Shown: piece by piece, positions 1-10,170 of the stretch
How the letters are laid out: each line of letters starts with the position of its first letter
Position numbering within the stretch: position 1 is the stretch's first letter
Source: a virus
Length of the DNA stretch: 64,000 nucleotides
Strand: one strand, 5' to 3'
IMG/VR virus record: IMGVR_UViG_3300009481_000012
Location: 6,075 to 70,074 of that record
The notes under the pieces: model-generated
What the model was told of the DNA's origin: nothing
What the model saw: the letters and a program-made list of their open reading frames with translations, nothing else
The model's database searches: none
Translations under genes and position numbers: made by a program

Positions 1-2
1 AA

Positions 3-938
3 CCTTTTCAGTATCCGTGGGCGGTAGAAATTACTACTAGACATGAAAAAGTTCATTGGATTGAGGATGAGTTAGATTTATCAGAAGACGTTACTGATTG
101 GAAAAACGGTAAAGTTACGGAAATAGAAAAAGAATATATAACAAATATTCTTAGACTATTTACGCAGTCAGACGTTGCTGTTGGACAAAATTACTATGAT
201 CAGTTTATTCCTAAGTTTAAGAATAATGAAGTTAGAAATATGTTTGGATCTTTTGCTTCAAGAGAAGGTATACACCAGAGAGCTTATGCTCTATTAAATG
301 AAACTCTTGGTCTGCCTGACTCTGAATATCATGCTTTTCTAGAATATACTGAGATGGTGGAGAAGATAGATTTTATGATGGATTCACATATTGGCTCACA
401 AAGAGGGCTTGGGTTAGCATTAGCAAAATCTGTATTTAACGAAGGTGTTGCTTTGTTTGCGTCTTTTGTTATGTTACTTAATTTTCAAAGAGCTGGAAAG
501 ATGAAAGGCATGGGAAAAGTAGTAGAATGGTCAATAAGAGATGAATCTATACACGTAGAGGGTGTATCCAAGGTATTTAGGCAATACTGTATCGAACACC
601 CTAGAATAGTTGGTGACAAATTTAAAAGCGAAATCTATGAAATGTCAAGAGTTGCGGTAGAACTAGAAGATAAATTTATTGACTTAGCCTATTCTATGGG
701 AGAAATAGAAGGACTAGAAGCTACCGAAGTGAAAAAATACATTAGATATATCACAGATAGAAGACTGCTACAGTTAGGATTAAAGCCTAACTTTAAAGTT
801 AAAGAAAATCCTTTACCTTGGTTAGAGTGGATTTTGAATGGCGCTGACCACACAAACTTCTTTGAAAATAGAGTAACTGAATACGAAGTAGCAGGATTAA
901 CAGGTTCTTGGGATGACGCCTACTCAAAAGCCGCTTAA
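3..938 (+). CDS. nrdB: Ribonucleotide reductase class Ia beta subunit (5' truncated by window)
   Basis: Frame open from base 3 (PFQYPWA...HEKVHW); di-iron motifs REGIHQRAY, EGVALFASF, IRDESIH; C-terminal NFFENRVTEY. Confidence 0.95.
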   Translation, partial: PFQYPWAVEITTRHEKVHWIEDELDLSEDVTDWKNGKVTEIEKEYITNILRLFTQSDVAVGQNYYDQFIPKFKNNEVRNMFGSFASREGIHQRAYALLNETLGLPDSEYHAFLEYTEMVEKIDFMMDSHIGSQRGLGLALAKSVFNEGVALFASFVMLLNFQRAGKMKGMGKVVEWSIRDESIHVEGVSKVFRQYCIEHPRIVGDKFKSEIYEMSRVAVELEDKFIDLAYSMGEIEGLEATEVKKYIRYITDRRLLQLGLKPNFKVKENPLPWLEWILNGADHTNFFENRVTEYEVAGLTGSWDDAYSKAA

Positions 939-955
939 AGGAGAATCACATAAAA

Positions 956-1666
956 GTGAGTAAAAATGGCAACAATGGAACACGCTGGATTAAATTAGAT
1001 GATTTAATAACAGTAACTCCGCTAACAACGAGTCAAAAATTTGCTTTTGAAGCATATAAAAAAGACAATAAAAGTCTAATATTACATGGGAGTGCGGGAA
1101 CCGGAAAAACATTTATCTCTATGTATCTTGCTCTAGAAGAAATATTGGAAAAGAATAATAGGCACTATAATAAACTTTATATCATAAGAAGTGTTGTACC
1201 TACCAGAGATATAGGATATTTACCTGGGGATAAAACAGAAAAAATAGAAGTCTATGAAGATCCTTATATGTCAATTTCAGCGGAACTTTTTGAGTGTAAA
1301 GACGCTTATGACAAATTAAAAACTCAAGGAGCCGTCGAATTTTTACCTACCTCTTTTATTAGAGGAGTAACTTTTGATAATTCAATAATTATTATTGATG
1401 AGTGCCAAAACCTTAACTTCCATGAACTAGACTCTGTTATTACTAGAATAGGTAGAGACTGTAAAATTTTATTTTGTGGTGATTTTTATCAAACAGACTT
1501 TGTAAGAGATACTGAAAAGCAAGGGTTAAAAAAATTCATAAAAATCTTGAACCATTTGCCACAATTTGCTAAAATAGAATTCTCTAGTGATGATATTGTA
1601 AGAAGTGATATTGTAAAAGCTTACATATTAGCTAAAGACCAGCTCAAAGAGCAGGGAGTCATATAA
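956..1666 (+). CDS. phoH: PhoH-family ATPase
   Basis: GSAGTGKT Walker A, IGYLPG, FIRGVTF, IIIDECQN, CGDFYQTD, DIVRS. Confidence 0.95.
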   Translation: MSKNGNNGTRWIKLDDLITVTPLTTSQKFAFEAYKKDNKSLILHGSAGTGKTFISMYLALEEILEKNNRHYNKLYIIRSVVPTRDIGYLPGDKTEKIEVYEDPYMSISAELFECKDAYDKLKTQGAVEFLPTSFIRGVTFDNSIIIIDECQNLNFHELDSVITRIGRDCKILFCGDFYQTDFVRDTEKQGLKKFIKILNHLPQFAKIEFSSDDIVRSDIVKAYILAKDQLKEQGVI

Positions 1667-1681
1667 GAAAGAAGAAATTAT

Positions 1682-2122
1682 TTGTCAAGCAAAAGTAAAA
1701 TTAAAGGTTCTGCTTATGAAGCTAAAATAAGAGATTACTTAACTAAAGAATTAGATATAGAATTTAAACGTATGCCACTCAGCGGATCGTTAGAGTATCT
1801 TAAGGGAGATCTTTGGACACCTCACGATACTGCTGCGTGGCCTTATTGTATTGAATGTAAGCATTATAAAGAAGTTAACTGGAATGGGTTACTCACAGCA
1901 ACATCTTCTGATTTATTAAATTTTTGGCGACAAGCACAAAGAGAAGCAGAAGTTATGAAGAAAAAACCTTTAGTTATTTATAGATGGAATAGGTCTAAAG
2001 ATTATGTGTGCTGGGACGATGATGTAGAAATAGAACATTACATAGAGTGTAATGTGTTTGATTGTAAGTTTAAAATGGGATTATTAAATGAGTGGATTAC
2101 AGAAATTAAAAGTCGCCTTTGA
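1682..2122 (+). CDS. PD-(D/E)xK nuclease, T5 D14-like Holliday junction resolvase
   Basis: SKIKGSAYE...R.PLSG...KGD...IECKHY; T5-like position upstream of a D15-like gene. Confidence 0.8.
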   Translation: MSSKSKIKGSAYEAKIRDYLTKELDIEFKRMPLSGSLEYLKGDLWTPHDTAAWPYCIECKHYKEVNWNGLLTATSSDLLNFWRQAQREAEVMKKKPLVIYRWNRSKDYVCWDDDVEIEHYIECNVFDCKFKMGLLNEWITEIKSRL

Positions 2123-3281
2123 TAATTTTGATGATAAAGGTCCTTTACCTAACTTAAACGATTCTATTTATTTTAATAATTGGTATAAAATTAGTAGTTT
2201 TAATGAGAGAGTACATGGATTTTTTACAATCCCTGCTGTATTAGTAAAAATGTGGAAAGAAGACCGAGTAGAATTCGTAAAAAAAGAAAATCTTGGTTTA
2301 TGCGACAGAGCAATATACCCGATAAAATTTTACACTAATGAAGCAGTTGATTATTTTTGTTACTTTGCTGACACAGGGCTTGGCCCAAGAAAACCTTTTT
2401 TTCATTATGAAGATTCTGAAAAAATAAGTCATGTTCTTATTTGTTTAGATGGGGAGCCGATAACTGAGGGATCTTTTTATAATATAAAAAACATACTCAT
2501 AAGTAATGGAGTTCCTAAAGAAAAATTAGTATTTATAGTAAACAACCCTTTTTGGGAGGATAAAGAAGTAAAAATAGTAGTAGGAACTAATGAAGTAAAC
2601 CTGATTGCCTACCTTTCTATGTTTTCTGATTACAAAATTAATAATTTGCCAAAGGAGAAAAAATTTTGTATTCTTAATCATAGTGCAAATTCAAATTATG
2701 ATTTTAGACAAGCTACGTTAAATGCTTTAGAAAAAAGAAATTTATTAAGATATGCAGACTATTCTCATCAACCTGTTGAAAAAATTAGGTATGTTACAGA
2801 CAAACCCATACCCTCTATGTTTCGTAAGTTATTAGACAACTCAGATACTAGAATAAAAGAAACAAAACTACTTAATGAATCAATAGAAAACAATTCTTAT
2901 TTTTCTTTGGTTTTAGAAGCGTACTATAAGTCTTTTTTTGCAGGAAAATTATATATCACGGAAAAATCTTTACGACCTATGCGGTGGAAAAAACCCTTTA
3001 TAGTAGTGGGGCAACTAAATACATTAAAAGCATTACAAAAAATTGGGTATAAAACGTTTCATCCCTTTATTGATGAAAGCTATGATACAGAAGACGATCT
3101 TGACAAAAGATTTATAAAAATAATGATAGAAGTAGAAAAACTGTGTAATAAAAGTTTAGATGATCTACAAGAGTTTAATACTAAAATTAAACACATATTA
3201 GAGCATAACCATAAACACTTTGAAACCAGAATAAAAAGTGTGGAAAATTATTTATTAGGATTAACAAATGAAAATATTTGA
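2088..3281 (+). CDS. Hypothetical protein with glycosyltransferase-like (GT10-like) C-terminus
   Basis: YFSLVLE...ITEKSLRPM..KPFIVVG...GYKTF..FIDESYD motif typical of marine phage GT-like proteins. Confidence 0.5.
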   Translation: MSGLQKLKVAFDNFDDKGPLPNLNDSIYFNNWYKISSFNERVHGFFTIPAVLVKMWKEDRVEFVKKENLGLCDRAIYPIKFYTNEAVDYFCYFADTGLGPRKPFFHYEDSEKISHVLICLDGEPITEGSFYNIKNILISNGVPKEKLVFIVNNPFWEDKEVKIVVGTNEVNLIAYLSMFSDYKINNLPKEKKFCILNHSANSNYDFRQATLNALEKRNLLRYADYSHQPVEKIRYVTDKPIPSMFRKLLDNSDTRIKETKLLNESIENNSYFSLVLEAYYKSFFAGKLYITEKSLRPMRWKKPFIVVGQLNTLKALQKIGYKTFHPFIDESYDTEDDLDKRFIKIMIEVEKLCNKSLDDLQEFNTKIKHILEHNHKHFETRIKSVENYLLGLTNENI

Positions 3282-3786
3282 CTTTAAAAAAATTAATATT
3301 GACACTGCTCCCTATTTATCCGTAGATTGGGAAAACTATCGTTGTTCGTGCATACAACACCAAAAATCAGAACAAGCAGATTTACACGATGAAGGGTTTC
3401 CTGATACTTTGTGTTTAGAAAACACCACTATTTATCAAAAGTTTTTTACAAAAGAGGACGTGGATTTTAAAGAACTCGAAGAACAATTAAATATGGAAGT
3501 GGCAACTGTATCAGCAATTTTACAAAAACCAGGTAACATAATTCCGTGGCACAGAGATATGTTTTATCAAATTACTAAAAAATTTCCAAACAGAAAAGAA
3601 GAAAAAGTCAGAGCTAATATGTTTTTAACTGATTGGGAAAATGGACAATTTTTGCAGTTTGATGACGAAGTTATTACTCATTGGAAAAAGAACACAGGGT
3701 ATGTATTTAATAATCAAGTGTTACACCTATCATCAAACGCAGGACTGCGTAATAAGGTTACTCTACAAGTTTCGGGATTTTACTGA
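3268..3786 (+). CDS. 2OG-Fe(II) oxygenase / cupin-fold protein
   Basis: PGNIIPWHRD (HxD), distal H in VLHLSSNAG. Confidence 0.7.
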   Translation: MKIFDFKKINIDTAPYLSVDWENYRCSCIQHQKSEQADLHDEGFPDTLCLENTTIYQKFFTKEDVDFKELEEQLNMEVATVSAILQKPGNIIPWHRDMFYQITKKFPNRKEEKVRANMFLTDWENGQFLQFDDEVITHWKKNTGYVFNNQVLHLSSNAGLRNKVTLQVSGFY

Positions 3787-4646
3787 TGGATTTAAGAGGG
3801 GCAAAAGCGATACCAGACTTAGAAATAATAGAATGGTTATACACTTTTGATATAGTAGATAATCTTTATGATAAAAATATAAAAGAAAAATTTATCGGAA
3901 CATTCAAAAAATGGGTTGTTGCCAGTAAAAATAATAACTTAAAAAATTTACACTTATTTAAAAACGTAAAAACCTGTAACGGTACTGCACATGCTTTTGA
4001 TACCTTTCACTGGAGACATAGAAATAAAAGATTTTTATTCTTTAGGGGTGAGTTTATGTATCATAGTGCGTGTTTTAAAAAAAATATAAACTGGGGCTAT
4101 TTAAACGATACTGAAATTACAGAGAATGATGCCATAATAATGTCTGTACCTTTCAGTGATTACGGAAAACAACACCCAACTTTATCTGGTATCCTTACTA
4201 CCTGTGACGCTATGAACCTTCCTGTTCTTTTAGATTTCGCTTATCTCCCTTGCACAAAAAATATTAATGTTGATCTATCTCATAAATGTATTGATATGAT
4301 AACTTTTTCTTTATCAAAAGCATTTTATGGTGCTGAAAATTTGCGTCTTGGTATTAGGTTTGAAAAAGAAGACACAGATGATTCAATTGATATCTTAAAT
4401 TCTGTAAACATGGTAAATAGTATGAGTTTGGGAATAGGAATAGAGTATATGGATAAATTTTCTCCAGATTATAACTGGGATAAGTATGGTAAAGCATATT
4501 ATAAAGTTTGCAGAGAAAATAACCTAGAACCTACAGATTGTGTACTATTTGGTATAGGTGGAGATGAGTGGGCAGAATATAACAGAGGAAACGAAGCTAA
4601 TAGGGTATGTATCTCAGAATTAATTAGGGACAAATATATATGTTAG
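3786..4646 (+). CDS. PLP-dependent transferase (fold type I)
   Basis: VLLDFAY (PLP Asp), TFSLSKAF (Schiff-base Lys), LRLGIR. Confidence 0.7.
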   Translation: MDLRGAKAIPDLEIIEWLYTFDIVDNLYDKNIKEKFIGTFKKWVVASKNNNLKNLHLFKNVKTCNGTAHAFDTFHWRHRNKRFLFFRGEFMYHSACFKKNINWGYLNDTEITENDAIIMSVPFSDYGKQHPTLSGILTTCDAMNLPVLLDFAYLPCTKNINVDLSHKCIDMITFSLSKAFYGAENLRLGIRFEKEDTDDSIDILNSVNMVNSMSLGIGIEYMDKFSPDYNWDKYGKAYYKVCRENNLEPTDCVLFGIGGDEWAEYNRGNEANRVCISELIRDKYIC

Positions 4647-5302
4647 CAATATGTGGTAATAGTTTTAGCTACGGTACTGAGGAGGGTACATGGCCAAAAA
4701 TACTAGCTGATAAGCTTAACTTGCCTTTACTAAATATGTCTGCATGTGGTGCAAGTAATTATTTTACTTGCTATCAAATAGAACACGTTTTAAAATATAA
4801 TCCTAAAATAATTATAATTGTATTAGCGGGTAGTGATAGATTTGAGCTTGATGATGATGATTCTGGAAATAAAGCATCGGTAGAAGATTTTAATTTTAAA
4901 ATAGATGAAGTTAGTTATTCTCCTTTTTCTAAGAAACCTACTATACATTCAGGAAACGTTATTAGTCATATTAGAAACTATCACATAAAACAAATTAAAA
5001 ACCATTTAATGCAACATTCTCACAGGTTACAAGCACAATATCAGTCTTGGTGTCTTCAACATATGATATCTAAAATAGAGTGTACCTATAGACTTTATAG
5101 AAATATTTATCCAGAATATCATAAAGATGTAAAAATATATAAAAAAGAAGAGTTTTATGGGTTAGACCAATTATCTGGGTGGAGAAACAACGGCCCTTAT
5201 GATTTTGAAAAAGAGCATTTAAAAGGAAACAAATCAACAAATCATTTAAATATAGAAGAAAATTTAAAATTTGCAGAGTGGGCATACAATGACTTGCAAT
5301 AA
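4640..5302 (+). CDS. SGNH/GDSL-hydrolase-like protein
   Basis: N-terminal CGNSFS, NMSACGASN, C-terminal NHL. Confidence 0.55.
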   Translation: MLAICGNSFSYGTEEGTWPKILADKLNLPLLNMSACGASNYFTCYQIEHVLKYNPKIIIIVLAGSDRFELDDDDSGNKASVEDFNFKIDEVSYSPFSKKPTIHSGNVISHIRNYHIKQIKNHLMQHSHRLQAQYQSWCLQHMISKIECTYRLYRNIYPEYHKDVKIYKKEEFYGLDQLSGWRNNGPYDFEKEHLKGNKSTNHLNIEENLKFAEWAYNDLQ

Positions 5303-6278
5303 TGAGTGGGATCAATTAGAAGAAGTTATAGTAGGATCAGCGATAGGGAGTAAAATACCTAAACCTAATAAAAGTTTAATGAGTTGTATGTACCCAACAT
5401 ATACTGAAAAAGAAATATTAACATCTTCAGGTCTTTTTCCAGCATGGTTAGTAGAGGAACAAGAAGAAGACTTAGATGCACTAAGTAATACTCTAAAAAG
5501 TTTAGGAGTAAAAGTTCATAGGCCAGATTCAACGAAGAAACCAGAGTACCATTACCACTGCCCTAGAGACTTAACTTTAATTGTTGGAAATACTATAATA
5601 GAAACCCCATCTCCGTTAATTGATAGAAAAAATGAAACTCAAGCATATAAAGATATTTTTACTAAAAAATGGAAAGACGGCTATAAATGGGTTAAAGCCC
5701 CAACCCCAAGCTATAAAGAAGAAAATTATCAAACTGATGATATAGATAGAAAACCGACTCTTTTAAATAAAGAACCCATGTTTGAAGCTGCTAATTGTAT
5801 GAGGATAAATAATGATATTCTTTATCAAGTAAGCAATACAGGAAACGAGCTGGGAGGTCAATGGTTACAAGATATTCTTATGGACAAAAAAGTACATATT
5901 TTACATGATTTATATTCATATGCACATCTAGATAGTACAATTATTCCTTTGAGAGAAGGTTTAGTTTTATATAATGCTAGTCGAGTAACTCAGGAAAATG
6001 AGCCGAAGTTATTTAAATCATGGGACAAGATATGGATCGATGAGTGTTATAGTGCTAGTAATAAGACAGAGCTTCCTTGGGGAGCAAGTGCGTGGATTGG
6101 ATTAAATCTTCTAAGTGTAAATCCTAATCTTGCAATAGTAGATAAGAAACAAAAAAAGTTAATACAAAAACTTAAGAAACATAAAATTGAGGTCATTCCC
6201 TTAGAACTAAGACATGACAGAATTATCAGTGGTGGTTTCCACTGCGTGACTTTAGATTTGAGTAGAAAAGCAACATAA
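5289..6278 (+). CDS. Amidinotransferase (glycine/inosamine-phosphate amidinotransferase family)
   Basis: NEWDQLEEVIVG, CPRD, FEAAN, HLDST, GGFHCVTLDL (catalytic Cys); ATG at 5289 preferred over TTG at 5271. Confidence 0.9.
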   Translation: MTCNNEWDQLEEVIVGSAIGSKIPKPNKSLMSCMYPTYTEKEILTSSGLFPAWLVEEQEEDLDALSNTLKSLGVKVHRPDSTKKPEYHYHCPRDLTLIVGNTIIETPSPLIDRKNETQAYKDIFTKKWKDGYKWVKAPTPSYKEENYQTDDIDRKPTLLNKEPMFEAANCMRINNDILYQVSNTGNELGGQWLQDILMDKKVHILHDLYSYAHLDSTIIPLREGLVLYNASRVTQENEPKLFKSWDKIWIDECYSASNKTELPWGASAWIGLNLLSVNPNLAIVDKKQKKLIQKLKKHKIEVIPLELRHDRIISGGFHCVTLDLSRKAT

Positions 6279-6290
6279 GAATAATATTAT

Positions 6291-6319
6291 TTGACTCTAT
6301 GTTTATATATTGCTATAAT
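6291..6319 (+). promoter_or_regulatory. Sigma70-type promoter
   Basis: TTGACT-17 nt-TATAAT with extended TG, upstream of the flap endonuclease RBS. Confidence 0.85.
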
Positions 6320-6343
6320 ATATAAATACAGAAAGGAAATATT

Positions 6344-7198
6344 ATGAATACCAAAGCGTGGAACGATTTGGCAGAGGTAGAAAACGCTTCTGCTGCAGCC
6401 ACTAACCTATTACTAATAGATGCTAATAATTTAGCATTTAGGTGGTTACAAAGAAAAAATGTAGATAACTTTACAGAGGACTTTATAAGAACTATTGAAA
6501 GTTTATCTAAAAGCTATCAAGCTAAACGAACAATAGTTTGTTTTGATTTTGGAAGAAGTTACTATAGAAATGAACTTCTTACTACATATAAAGCAAACAG
6601 AAAAAAACCAACCGACCCAGAAACTGTGGAAAAATTTGATAAATTTTTCTCTTGTTTAAATGTCATACCTGATTTAATTCCATTTGAAAATTACAAATTT
6701 AGAGGCATAGAAGCTGACGATATTATCGCATATTTATGTAATAATATTTCTCCTTCCTATGAACACACATGGTTAGTTTCAAGTGATAGAGACTTGTTTC
6801 AATTAATTAATAATGAAGTTTCTATATTTAATATGTTTTCTAGGAAAGAAATAACTATAGATACTCTTATCGAAGACTATCAAGTAACTCCAGAAGAATA
6901 TATGTTATCAAGAATACTTGAAGGAGATAAAAGTGATAATATTTTAGGGGTAGAAGGTATTGGGCCAAAACGCGCTCAAACATTGGCAAGAGAATATAAA
7001 ACTCTCGATAACTTAATAGAATCTTTACCCATTAAACCCGCAAAAGCAAAATTTTTAAAAAATTTGAATGACAGTAAAGAAATTTTATTACGAAATGAAA
7101 AACTCATTACTCTAAAGAAACATAATGAATTAGCAATAACAGCAGGTAAACACGGACAAGAAGCGTGGGAGGAGTTACAAGGTGTCTCAACATCTTAA
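6344..7198 (+). CDS. 5'-3' exonuclease / flap endonuclease (T5 D15-like)
   Basis: LLIDANNLAFR, YKANR, EADDIIAY, SSDRDLFQL, GDKSDNILGVEGIGPKRA. Confidence 0.93.
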   Translation: MNTKAWNDLAEVENASAAATNLLLIDANNLAFRWLQRKNVDNFTEDFIRTIESLSKSYQAKRTIVCFDFGRSYYRNELLTTYKANRKKPTDPETVEKFDKFFSCLNVIPDLIPFENYKFRGIEADDIIAYLCNNISPSYEHTWLVSSDRDLFQLINNEVSIFNMFSRKEITIDTLIEDYQVTPEEYMLSRILEGDKSDNILGVEGIGPKRAQTLAREYKTLDNLIESLPIKPAKAKFLKNLNDSKEILLRNEKLITLKKHNELAITAGKHGQEAWEELQGVSTS

Positions 7199-7778
7199 TG
7201 TAAAAATAGAAAAAAGCGAACTCGCTAAACAACTCGAAGAAAAATTAGGTATTACTTGGAATTTACAACAACAATACCCTTTTGACGCAGGATATGATTT
7301 AAGATCTTGTGAGCCTGATGAAATAGTATTAGAACCTAATAATAGAGAAACTGTAGGAACAGGATTATACTTTCAAATAGATAATCCTTTTTGGGAAATA
7401 CAAATTAGACCTAGAAGTGGGTTAGCCCACAAAAATGGTATAATGATAGTTAATAGTCCGGGAACAGTAGACTTTGCTTATAGAAATGAAGTAAAAATCA
7501 TACTCTATAATTCGGGTGACAGAGTTTTTACTATATTTCCAGGAGATCGTATAGCACAGGCATGCTTTAGACCTGTGCCTCAAGTATCTTTTGAGTATGT
7601 AGACGCAATAGAACAAACAGTAATACTCTCTAACGCACACCCGTGGGTACAAGAAGAAAAAGTAAAAAAACGAGGTTTAGCAAAAAGACCAAAAAGAGAA
7701 ACTGTCTCTCTCAATGAAGATGACACAGAAGAATTAATTATTAATAGAGGAGGGTTTGGTAGTAGTGGTACTAAATAA
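7182..7778 (+). CDS. dut: Trimeric dUTPase
   Basis: AGYDL, RPRSGL, GTVDFAYR, GDRIAQ, RGGFGSSG. Confidence 0.93.
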   Translation: MSQHLNVKIEKSELAKQLEEKLGITWNLQQQYPFDAGYDLRSCEPDEIVLEPNNRETVGTGLYFQIDNPFWEIQIRPRSGLAHKNGIMIVNSPGTVDFAYRNEVKIILYNSGDRVFTIFPGDRIAQACFRPVPQVSFEYVDAIEQTVILSNAHPWVQEEKVKKRGLAKRPKRETVSLNEDDTEELIINRGGFGSSGTK

Positions 7779-7980
7779 ACTAAAAGACCCTGTATTTTGG
7801 TTATTTAAAATAAATATAGAGTTTTTATTATTAGAAATTTATTTATTTTTTATTGATAGGTTTACCTTATCACAATTGTTTGTTATACTACTAGGTAACG
7901 TAGCTTTATTCGCTATAACTTATATGGTTCGAGAAACAAGAGATTTAAATCAAAGATTAAAGAAATGGTTAAAAATATGA
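7756..7980 (+). CDS. Small membrane protein
   Basis: Two hydrophobic stretches; fills the gap between dut and thyX; start uncertain. Confidence 0.5.
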   Translation: MVVVVLNKLKDPVFWLFKINIEFLLLEIYLFFIDRFTLSQLFVILLGNVALFAITYMVRETRDLNQRLKKWLKI

Positions 7981-8642
7981 ATGTAAAATTAGTATCCTAC
8001 TCACAAACGCCTGATCAAGCGTTTATTGGGCTTGACTCTGTGCAAGACATTGTAGCATATTGTGCAAGGGTGTCTAACCCAGATAATCAAAATAATAAAG
8101 AAACAAGCGAAAAATTAATTCGCTATTTAATTAAGCACGGGCATTGGTCACCTTTAGAAATGGCTAGTGTTTGTTTGGAAATTGAAACTACTAGAGACAT
8201 AGCTAGACAAATTTTAAGACACCGCTCTTTTTCATTTCAAGAATTTAGTCAACGATATGCTGATCCAACTAAAGATTTAAAGTTCACTACAAGAGAGGCG
8301 AGGCTACAGGACACTAAGAATCGTCAGAACAGTATCGAAACGGAAGATGCTAGTCTACAGGCGAACTGGGAACTGCGACAGAGTCAAGTAATGCAGGAAT
8401 CTCTTGAGGCATACAAATGGGCAATTAAGAATGGTATAGCCAAAGAACAAGCTAGGGCAGTACTACCAGAAGGCAATATAGAAAGTAGACTTTATATGAA
8501 TGGTACTCTTCGATCATGGGTTCACTACATAGAGCTTCGTAGTGGATACGGTACTCAAAAAGAACACATGGAAATAGCTCGCGCTTGTGCTGATGCTATA
8601 GAACCAATATTTCCAATGATTAAGGAATTTGTTAGCGAATGA
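7977..8642 (+). CDS. thyX: Flavin-dependent thymidylate synthase
   Basis: HWSPLE, RHRSFSFQEFSQRY signature, AKEQARAVLP, TQKEH. Confidence 0.95.
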   Translation: MNVKLVSYSQTPDQAFIGLDSVQDIVAYCARVSNPDNQNNKETSEKLIRYLIKHGHWSPLEMASVCLEIETTRDIARQILRHRSFSFQEFSQRYADPTKDLKFTTREARLQDTKNRQNSIETEDASLQANWELRQSQVMQESLEAYKWAIKNGIAKEQARAVLPEGNIESRLYMNGTLRSWVHYIELRSGYGTQKEHMEIARACADAIEPIFPMIKEFVSE

Positions 8643-9043
8643 TCGTAGGGTTTACTTGTAGTGCTTTTGATTTACTACATGCAGGTCATGTAATAATGTT
8701 AAGAGAAGCAAAAGAAAAATGTGACTATTTAATGGTAGGACTTCAAGTAGACCCTAGCCATGATCGTAAAGATAAAAACTCTCCAATACAAACAATTGTT
8801 GAAAGATATACACAACTTAAAGCAATAGGTTATGTTGATGAAATTATACCTTATGGATCAGAAAAAGATTTAGAAGATATATTAGAAATGTACCCAATTA
8901 ATATTCGTATTTTAGGAGAAGAGTATAGAGACAAAGACTTTACTGGTAAGGATATTTGTCGTAAAAGAGATATAGATTTATACTTCAATAAAAGAGACCA
9001 CAGGTTCAGCACTACTGATTTAAGAAATAGAGTTTGTGAATGA
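8639..9043 (+). CDS. Cytidylyltransferase (TagD-like)
   Basis: FDLLHAGH (HxGH), VGLQVDP, R.H.FSTT. Confidence 0.88.
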   Translation: MIVGFTCSAFDLLHAGHVIMLREAKEKCDYLMVGLQVDPSHDRKDKNSPIQTIVERYTQLKAIGYVDEIIPYGSEKDLEDILEMYPINIRILGEEYRDKDFTGKDICRKRDIDLYFNKRDHRFSTTDLRNRVCE

Positions 9044-10170
9044 TATGTTTTTTAACTCAATACTACAGCGGTTTAGGCCACAGTATGCGGATAAAGCATA
9101 TTGCGGAAGAGACAGCAAAATTTACAGACTGTTGTATTGTCAATCATTTATTTAAACCACCTTTAGAAATTAAAGGTATTAAGAAAGAATATACACTAGT
9201 CAAAGACGAGGACTATGACCACACAGAGCCAAATATTTTTAAGGCTTTAATGAAAGAACCTTTAGTTATAAAAAGAATAGCTAGGTGGAAAGATTTTTTA
9301 AATAATAATAATATTAGTGTAATAGTGTCTGAAGGATTTCCTTTTTGCAGACATCAGTGGGCGTTTGAATTATTTTCTTTTTTTGAAGCTGCAAAAGCAA
9401 AGAACATAAAAATCATAAGCAGTATTAGGGATTTTCCTTGGGACGAACCACACGAACAAGGGTTAAAAGACTGGGTAGCAAAAACGCAGAATCTAGTTGT
9501 TAAACATTACCTAGATAAAATATTAATTCACGGTGACCCAAAAATATTACCTCTATTACCTGATTCTTTATCTTTTTATGATCCAGCTTTATTATATAAA
9601 GAAATAGAGTCAAAAATAGAATATACAGGGTATGTTACTAACCCCAAACAAGAAAAACATAAAAGATTAAATAATAAAGTTTATGTGAGCGTAGGGCTTA
9701 ATAAAGAAGAAAGTTTGTCAATATTTTCTAATATACTAAGAGCCGCAAAAGATTTTCCAGAATTAGATTTTATAGTTCTTATGGCAAATAAAAAACTAAA
9801 AAACAAAATAGGAATTCGTAAAAAAAGTAATATATTAGCTGTAGACTATATTCCTAATTTATCTAAATTAGTAGAGTCCTCTACTATGTTTATTACTTAT
9901 GGGGGTTATAACAGCACAATGGAAATAATATCTAGTGGAACCCCTAGTATTATTATTCCAAGAGAAGATGGTGGAAAAGTTGAACAATTTGTCCGTAGTT
10001 ATGTTATGAAACCTTATGATCTATTTAAAGTGTGTTCTGTAAGAGATTTAAAAAATATTTCTAAATACATAAGAGAGATACTAAATGAGTATGACGAGTT
10101 TCCAAAGAATTGTGAGTTTGATTTAGATGGCACAAGAAAAACAGCTAAAATTCTCCTCGAATACAATTAA
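9040..10170 (+). CDS. GT-B glycosyltransferase (GT28 C-terminal-like)
   Basis: GLGHSMR, YTGYV, FITYGGYNSTME, IIIPR..EQ..R. Confidence 0.85.
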   Translation: MICFLTQYYSGLGHSMRIKHIAEETAKFTDCCIVNHLFKPPLEIKGIKKEYTLVKDEDYDHTEPNIFKALMKEPLVIKRIARWKDFLNNNNISVIVSEGFPFCRHQWAFELFSFFEAAKAKNIKIISSIRDFPWDEPHEQGLKDWVAKTQNLVVKHYLDKILIHGDPKILPLLPDSLSFYDPALLYKEIESKIEYTGYVTNPKQEKHKRLNNKVYVSVGLNKEESLSIFSNILRAAKDFPELDFIVLMANKKLKNKIGIRKKSNILAVDYIPNLSKLVESSTMFITYGGYNSTMEIISSGTPSIIIPREDGGKVEQFVRSYVMKPYDLFKVCSVRDLKNISKYIREILNEYDEFPKNCEFDLDGTRKTAKILLEYN

